From assembly GCA_965223845.1 (NCBI GenBank), contig CBDCXR010000004.1, positions 6,016,001-6,080,000 on the forward strand: 64,000 bases of DNA, read 5' to 3'. Positions 58,314 through 64,000 of the stretch are shown here, one piece after another. This stretch comes from Planctomycetota bacterium. GTDB taxonomy: Bacteria; Planctomycetota; UBA8108; SXIK01. The notes under the pieces are model-generated. The model had not been told where the DNA came from. It saw only the letters and a program-made list of their open reading frames with translations, and did no database searches. A program made the position numbers and the translations under genes. Every line of letters begins with the position of its first letter. Position 1 is the first letter of the stretch.

Positions 58314-60092
58314 TCATCGGCGTGATCCATCCCCGAGCTGCCGTCCGGTCCCTTCCGTCAGCTCGACCGACCGATCCACTCTGCTCACCGCGAAGCTCTC
58401 CCTCCGTCCCGAAGGCCAGTCCACTCGGAGCTCGTCGACCTTCGTCTCTCTTCCCAATCCGAATCGCGCTACGAGCTCCGACTGAGACGCGTAGCTCGAG
58501 CCGCTGCGAAGGCGACGCCGCTGCGTTCTTCCGCCTGCTCGCAGCGTGACGATGGCGCCGATTCCGTCGCGATTGGACACCGTTCCGCGCAGTCGCACGG
58601 CGAGCCAGTGATGCGAGTGGTCGCTCGTGTTTTCGAGCACCGTCGCTCGTTCGTCGAGCTCGCTCACGATGATGTCGGCGTCGCCGTCGCCGTCGAGATC
58701 GCCGAATGCCGCGCCCCGAGACGACTTTGCGACTCCGAGTGTCGATCCAGCGGACACGTCGCGAAATCGGCCGTCCTTGTTTGCAAATACCTGGTTCGCC
58801 TGCCGGTAGCTCACTCCGTCGGCGACGGCGTCGACCTGTGGTGCGACGTGACCGTTCGCGACGAAGAGATCTTGATCGCCGTCGAGATCGGCGTCGAAGA
58901 AGAAGGTCCCCCAGCCGAGCGTCGGGTACGTCGCTCGGGCTAGGCCCCGCTCGGTCGTTGTTTCCGTGAAGAAACCGTCGCCGTCGCTGCGGTAGTAGGT
59001 CGCGGTATCACGCGAGAAGTTGACGACGAAGAGATCCTCTCTCGCCGAGTCGCCGAGGTAGACCGCATCGACGCCCATTCCGGCCTGCGCCACGCCTTCG
59101 TCGCTGTACGCGACTCCTGCGAGGGAACCGACGTCGCGAAACGTCCTCCCGGCCTCGTTCAGCCAGAGAACGTTCGGACGAGTGTCGTTCGCGACGTAGA
59201 TGTCGAGCCAGTCGTCGCCGTTCGCGTCGAGGATCGCGACGCCGAGGCTGTACGCAAAGTGCTCGAGGTCGAGTGCGCGGAGTCCCGCGCGTTCGCTCAC
59301 GTCCTCGAACGTGCCATCGCCGCGGTTGCGATAGAGCGTCGACGCCTCGGGGGGGAGCCCCGCCGGGCCGCAGGCGATCGGAACTCCGCGGTAGTGACAG
59401 CGCGGGTCGCGTCCCCGCACCGGAACCGACTCGCGATCGAATGCGAGATAGTTCGCGACGAAGAGGTCGAGGTGGCCGTCGCGGTCGAAGTCGAAGAACG
59501 CGCAGCTCGCTCCCCAACCCGGATCGCCCGTTCCCGCTTCGGCGGTCGCGTCGACGAACGTGCCGTCGCCGTTGTTTCGCCAGAGCCGGTCCGGCCCGTA
59601 GTTCGCGACGAAGAGATCGGGGTCGCCGTCGTTGTCGTAGTCCGCGGTCGCGACACCGCAGCCGCTCGCCCGGTCGATGAGTCCCGCCCGCCGGGTGACG
59701 GTTTCGAACCGGAGACCGCCGAGATTGCGGTAGAGCCCGTCGCTCGGTTGCGGGTCGCCCGGCGCCCGGTCGGGATCGCCGCCGTTCGCGAGAAACGCGT
59801 CGAGTCGGCCGTCGCCGTCGTAGTCGAGGAGCGCGATCCCGCCGCCGTTGATGGAAAGAATGTAGTCTTTCTCGGGATCGCCGGTGGCGTACTCGAAGTC
59901 GAGCCCGCTCTTCATGCTCGCGTCTTCGAAGCGAATTTCGGTGCTCGGGCTCTCGGTCGCTGATCGCTCGGTCTCGCATCCGAGGAGGACGACGACCGAG
60001 AACACCAGCGAGCTGGGACCCCGCGCAAGGAATCGGGTTCGGGCAGAAAACGGTCGTCTCGAACGGCCGCTCGGGCGCGCGTTTCCGGCCAT
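58314..60092 (-). CDS. CRTAC1-like protein (FG-GAP/VCBS repeats plus ASPIC/UnbV domain), probable lipoprotein
   Basis: Repeated D[YF]DxDGxxDLFVAN motifs; SNRDGIGA, GSSYASQS...FGLG and VDWPSG; VLLGC lipobox. Start is uncertain (ATG 60092 chosen). Confidence 0.9.
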   Translation of the reverse strand: MAGNARPSGRSRRPFSARTRFLARGPSSLVFSVVVLLGCETERSATESPSTEIRFEDASMKSGLDFEYATGDPEKDYILSINGGGIALLDYDGDGRLDAFLANGGDPDRAPGDPQPSDGLYRNLGGLRFETVTRRAGLIDRASGCGVATADYDNDGDPDLFVANYGPDRLWRNNGDGTFVDATAEAGTGDPGWGASCAFFDFDRDGHLDLFVANYLAFDRESVPVRGRDPRCHYRGVPIACGPAGLPPEASTLYRNRGDGTFEDVSERAGLRALDLEHFAYSLGVAILDANGDDWLDIYVANDTRPNVLWLNEAGRTFRDVGSLAGVAYSDEGVAQAGMGVDAVYLGDSAREDLFVVNFSRDTATYYRSDGDGFFTETTTERGLARATYPTLGWGTFFFDADLDGDQDLFVANGHVAPQVDAVADGVSYRQANQVFANKDGRFRDVSAGSTLGVAKSSRGAAFGDLDGDGDADIIVSELDERATVLENTSDHSHHWLAVRLRGTVSNRDGIGAIVTLRAGGRTQRRRLRSGSSYASQSELVARFGLGRETKVDELRVDWPSGRRESFAVSRVDRSVELTEGTGRQLGDGSRR

Positions 60093-60207
60093 TTCGCCGG
60101 AACGGCCTGCGGTTCGCCTTGCGATGCCCTGCGCGAAGCCTCGTTCTCCGCCTTTGAACGAGGTTTTGCGCAGGCTCCTGGCGCGCCCCATCGCGTCGTC
60201 TGCCTCT

Positions 60208-61932
60208 CTAACGCGCCGCATCGTGCCCCTCGCCGGAAGGAGACGCAGTCCCGTCCGGTCCGCAGAGTACCGTCGCGATTTCCACCGCCGTTCGAGGCGG
60301 CGGCGCCGTCGGCTCTCGCTCTCTTCGCTTCGCGGCCGCCTCTCGCCGGAGAAAGATCTCCTCGACGCGGTCGAGGCGTTCGTAAAGGACTCTCCATGCG
60401 GCGCCGTCATCGATCGCCGCAATTCTCGCGAGCCGAAGACCTTCGGACCGCTCGCCGAGCTCGAAACGCTGTTTCGCGGCTCGGAGGAGATGGCGCGCCC
60501 GCGCCGCGCCGCGCGCGTGTCCGGCCGCGTAGAGATCACCGCGGATCGCGCGTTCGAGCGCAGTCGATTCGTCTGCTCTCCGCCGCGCTGACGCGAGTGC
60601 GCGTTCGTCGACCGCTCCGCGCGCGGTCAAGCACTCGAGGAGCGCGATGTCGTAGTCGCTTCGGCGATCGGTGACCCCGTTCGGTTTGGGCAGATCTTCG
60701 CACGCGACGGCCTCTCCCCGCGCGAGTCGGACGCGCGCCGAGAGCAGCGTCGCCGCGTTTCGCTCACGCGTCGAAAACGAACCGCGCGCGAGAATTTCTT
60801 CCGCGGCGAGAAACTGGCGGCTCTCGACGAGTGCTCGCGCGAGGAGGAGCGCGCCGGCACCGCGCCCGCTTCGCCGGTAGAGTTCGAGCCATCTCGCCGC
60901 TCGCGCGGGTTCGTCGAGATCTTCGAGGACGATCTGGGCGAGCCGCGGTGCCCACATCGCGACGAGACGTGAATCACTCCGGCAGAGAGACTCGAGCTCT
61001 CGGGCGGCAGAGTCACTTTCGCCGCGGAGTGCTCGCGTCATCGCACGCCAACCGCGTACGTCGGGATGCGCGGACCCGATCGCTGCGCCGAGCCGTTCGA
61101 TTTGCTCGAGCGCTTCCGGTGCAGCGTACGACGCGACGAGATTCTCGATGAGAAACACGATGGCGCCCGGATCCGCGCTCTGTGCGGATTCACTCAAGAC
61201 CTCCCGCGCACGCTCCATCTGCCCGCGGAGCGTGAACGCGCGCGCGATCGTCCTCGCGGCGATCGCCGAGCGGCCCAGCTCGCTCTCGAGCTCCGCTCGT
61301 CGCTCCTCTCCGTCCCCTCGCTCGAGCTTCCGCGCGAGCGTGAGAAACGCCGCGGCGGCGCCGTCGCTTTCCGTCCGGCTCCTTTGAAGGCGCGCGAGTG
61401 CCGCGGCGAGGCGAAGATAAACCCAGCGATCGTAGGGATCGTCCGTGAGAAGCTCCGCGGCGAGCGTCACCGCGCGTCGCGACTCCCCGTTCTTTTCGAG
61501 TGCGAGTAGGAGCTCTTTCCGCGCCGATTCTCGTTCGCGCGGCGTCGCCGCGAGCTCGATCGCCCGGGTGAGGTACCGCTTCGCCTTTGCGTACGCTCCG
61601 CGCGCGCGCAATCCGATCCCGAGCGCGGAGAGTCCGTCGAAGGAATCCGGCTGCGATTCGATCCAGGCGCGTCCGTAGCGTTCGAGCGCAGCCGCATCGC
61701 GCGATTGTCGCGCCCGTGCGAGCACCGCTCGGAGCGTTTCCTCTGCGGCGGGTTGTTGCCAAAACCGCTCGGTCCCGAACTCGAGCGCGCGGAGATCGGG
61801 GTCGATCTCGACGGCGTTTGCCGTCGCCGGGGACGGTTGCTTCGCCCCGCGGTCGCAGGCGACGATCGTCGCGGAGACGAGAAGCGCCGCGACTCCCGCG
61901 CGCGCGGCGACCCACCGAACCGTTTCGGCCAT
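60208..61932 (-). CDS. TPR-like repeat protein, probable lipoprotein
   Basis: AAGGAG RBS before ATG 61932; lipobox-like IVAC; LGIGLRARGAYAKAKRYLTRAIELA TPR-like helices. Confidence 0.72.
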   Translation of the reverse strand: MAETVRWVAARAGVAALLVSATIVACDRGAKQPSPATANAVEIDPDLRALEFGTERFWQQPAAEETLRAVLARARQSRDAAALERYGRAWIESQPDSFDGLSALGIGLRARGAYAKAKRYLTRAIELAATPRERESARKELLLALEKNGESRRAVTLAAELLTDDPYDRWVYLRLAAALARLQRSRTESDGAAAAFLTLARKLERGDGEERRAELESELGRSAIAARTIARAFTLRGQMERAREVLSESAQSADPGAIVFLIENLVASYAAPEALEQIERLGAAIGSAHPDVRGWRAMTRALRGESDSAARELESLCRSDSRLVAMWAPRLAQIVLEDLDEPARAARWLELYRRSGRGAGALLLARALVESRQFLAAEEILARGSFSTRERNAATLLSARVRLARGEAVACEDLPKPNGVTDRRSDYDIALLECLTARGAVDERALASARRRADESTALERAIRGDLYAAGHARGAARARHLLRAAKQRFELGERSEGLRLARIAAIDDGAAWRVLYERLDRVEEIFLRREAAAKRREREPTAPPPRTAVEIATVLCGPDGTASPSGEGHDAAR

Positions 61933-62122
61933 GCTCCTTGCCGACGGGCGGGCGGGCTTCCCTCCGATCCCCATTCGGTCCTCTCCTCACTCTCCCTCGC
62001 TGGCAGTGTTCGCGCCCGCCGTCGGCACGAACATTGCGTCCGCTTGCCGCTCTCCGAGCGGATGTTACTCTTCGACGGGCAGGAGCGGATATCGGAACTT
62101 CGCGACGAAGGAGATCAGATCG

Positions 62123-62314
62123 ATGAGTCGTTGTGTCGAGCCCGATTGGCAGGCTCTCTACGCGGGGATTCAGCGCTCGCGCGCGACGGAGTCGGGTGAA
62201 GATCTCGACTCTGAAGAGCAGGCGTGCCCGAACTGCGTCGGCGGCCTCGTCTCCGACGACGAGGTGTGTCCGATCTGCAGCGGGTACGCGGTCGTCAAGG
62301 TCGTCGCAGTGTAG
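62123..62314 (+). CDS. Small protein (63 aa) with two CPxC motifs (zinc-ribbon-like)
   Basis: AAGGAG RBS upstream of ATG 62123; CPNC...CPICSG (3' part of ORF 61931..62314). Confidence 0.6.
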   Translation: MSRCVEPDWQALYAGIQRSRATESGEDLDSEEQACPNCVGGLVSDDEVCPICSGYAVVKVVAV

Positions 62315-62658
62315 ATCGAATCGGATTTGAGGCCCGGCAGTGTGGAGGGAGTCTTCGCTCGCGCGCGTGCGGCCGCGGAGCGGAGGGCACTCGTCCCTCG
62401 GGGAGAGAGGTGGTTGGCGACCCGAAGCGCGCCTTTTTTTGCGCGCCGGGACTCGAGCCTGGATCAGCGGGATGCTCGAGTCCGCCGACCCGAGTGGTAC
62501 CCGTGCCCTCCGCTCCGCGGCCGTCGCCGCGCGTCGCGATTCGCCTCGGCAGCCGCGGTGCCTCGACGAAAGTCGGGACGCCGCGGCTCGCGTTCCTTTT
62601 GGTGGGCCGCGGAAGTGTCGTCGACTCTGAGGAAAGGGACGACACTCGACGGCAGGCG

Positions 62659-63603
62659 CTATCCTCGCCACCGCCGACAGAGATCCCTCGCCGCATTCGG
62701 CCACTCCGGGAACTGGAACTCGAATCCGGACTCGATCAAGCGCGACGGCACGACGCGACGACTCTTCAAGATCAACTCCGTCTCCGTGCGCAGGAAAAAC
62801 GCACCGAGCTCCAGCATCGGGACCCGTGCCGGCAGGCCGAAGCCGATCCCCCACGCTGTGCGGAGCGCACGCATGAACTCTGCGTTCGGGACGGGATGGG
62901 GCGCCGCGAGATTGACGGCGCCGCTCAGCGCCGAGTGATCGACGAGCCAGTAGATCGCGCGCACGAAGTCGTCGCCGTGGATCCACGAGACGAACTGACG
63001 GCCGTCGCCGCTTGCGCCGCCGAGCCCGAAGCGGACGAGCCGGAGGAGGACGTCGAAGATCCCGCCGCGGTCGGGGCTCATCGTCATCGCCGAGCGGAGA
63101 AGCACCCGGCGCGTCGCCGGCACGTTAGCGTCGGTCGCGGCGCGCTCCCACGCCTTCGCGACCTCGATGCTGAACCGCCACGTCTCGGGTGCGCCCGTCT
63201 CCCCACCGCCGATCATCCCCGTTTCTTCATCGTTCGGCGCGTCGAACCGGTGCGAGTAGATCGTCGCGGTGCTCGCCTGGAGCCAGACGCTCGGCGGGCG
63301 GGAGGATTTCTCGATCGCCTCGCCGATGGCGCGAGTCGAGCGGACCCGTGACTCCAGAATCTCCCGACGGTTTCGCGCGTGGTAGCGACAATCGACACTG
63401 CGCCCCGCCAGATTGATGACGACTCCCGCGCCGTCGAGCTCGCGGAGCCACTCGCCGCAGCTTACGCCGTCCCAGTAAAGAGTACGCCACGGCCGCCGCT
63501 GCGGCCGCCGACTGAGGACGACGATCTCGTGCCCGTCGCGGACGAACGCACGAGCGAGCAGAGTACCCACTTGTCCGGAGCCACCGGCGAGGACGATCTT
63601 CAT
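62659..63603 (-). CDS. TIGR01777 family NAD-dependent epimerase/oxidoreductase (DUF1731)
   Basis: MKIVLAGGSGQVG, VINLAGRSV, WLQASTATIY, GRQFVSWIH and SRRVVPSRL; GGAG RBS. Confidence 0.93.
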   Translation of the reverse strand: MKIVLAGGSGQVGTLLARAFVRDGHEIVVLSRRPQRRPWRTLYWDGVSCGEWLRELDGAGVVINLAGRSVDCRYHARNRREILESRVRSTRAIGEAIEKSSRPPSVWLQASTATIYSHRFDAPNDEETGMIGGGETGAPETWRFSIEVAKAWERAATDANVPATRRVLLRSAMTMSPDRGGIFDVLLRLVRFGLGGASGDGRQFVSWIHGDDFVRAIYWLVDHSALSGAVNLAAPHPVPNAEFMRALRTAWGIGFGLPARVPMLELGAFFLRTETELILKSRRVVPSRLIESGFEFQFPEWPNAARDLCRRWRG

Positions 63604-63709
63604 GTTCGAGGTCTCTCCTTGCGAAGCGGTCGCGAGAAGAGAACCGCAAACGAGACGACTCCGTAACGGTGAACGGCTGTCCCCCAGAGCGAACCGGACG
63701 CGCGAGCAC

Positions 63710-63751
63710 AAAAAAAACCGCGGTTCCCCGACTCTCGCCGGGAAACCGCGG
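63710..63751 (-). terminator. Rho-independent terminator
   Basis: GC stem ccgcggttcccc/gggaaaccgcgg (63718-63751) with an 8-nt A run at 63710-63717 (U tract on minus), about 30 nt after the stop at 63784. Confidence 0.8.
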
Positions 63752-63783
63752 CCCCGAAACAACGCCCCGGAGATCAACTGCCC

Positions 63784-64000
63784 TTAGATCGACTCCTCGC
63801 AGCCGATGCGGTCCGCGGTTGGATCGACACCCGGCGTCGGGAACGGAGCCGGCGGCTTCGGCCCGCCGCCGAAGAGGTAGTTGAGGAGATAGATCGAATC
63901 GGCGAGATCCGAGCGGCCGTCGTCGTTCGCGTCCGCCGCGTCCATGCACGTCGGCTTCGGACCCGCACCGAAGAGGTAGTTGAGGAGGAAGATCGCGTCG
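63784..64000 (-). CDS. Partial CDS (3' end): C-terminal dockerin-like module
   Basis: Not in the supplied track; read by hand: DAIFLLNYLFGAGPKPTCMDAADANDDGRSDLADSIYLLNYLFGGGPKPPAPFPTPGVDPTADRIGCEESI*. Confidence 0.85.
   Translation of the reverse strand, partial: DAIFLLNYLFGAGPKPTCMDAADANDDGRSDLADSIYLLNYLFGGGPKPPAPFPTPGVDPTADRIGCEESI

Noticed and set aside
62315-62658. ORFs and T-run hairpin in the gap after the microprotein
   Set aside because: The ORFs are Arg/Pro-rich without motifs; the T7 run lies inside the loop of gcgcgc/gcgcgc rather than after a stem.

Overview
This is a high-GC, gene-dense bacterial window, most consistent with a Planctomycetota genome. That is an inference from a DUF1549/DUF1553 plus DUF1501 gene pair and four proteins ending in the planctomycete-type 'FxRGDxNxDG' dockerin-like module. 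About 40 real CDSs can be supported; most of the remaining ORF track is antisense shadow of GC-rich genes. Housekeeping-like content includes a YugP-type Zn peptidase, PhoD, Maf, a 10-gene Mrp/Mnh cation:H+ antiporter operon, MscS, DUF885, MATE, a ferredoxin-NADP reductase, an ECF sigma/anti-sigma pair and a TIGR01777 oxidoreductase. Five things stand out. (1) A tightly coupled four-gene operon (26.4-38.0 kb) encodes a giant NHL/Fn3 lipoprotein, a degenerate-SIR2 plus TIR protein, a membrane-spanning nSTAND1 NTPase with an extracytoplasmic beta-rich/FGE-like region, and a lipoprotein; it is a candidate transmembrane immune or conflict signalling system. (2) A stand-alone 1556-aa SIR2 protein with intact motifs has a STAND/TPR-like tail. 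(3) A DUF692 (MNIO)/DUF2063 cluster has a Tat-lipoprotein precursor with four CxGxNxCKGxGGC repeats. (4) Several dockerin-tagged secreted proteins are present, including two proteases. (5) An approximately 180-nt nested hairpin lies in the 8.66-9.35 kb intergenic region. No rRNA, tRNA, CRISPR array, transposase or integrase was recognised. All family calls come from motif recognition by eye, not database searches.
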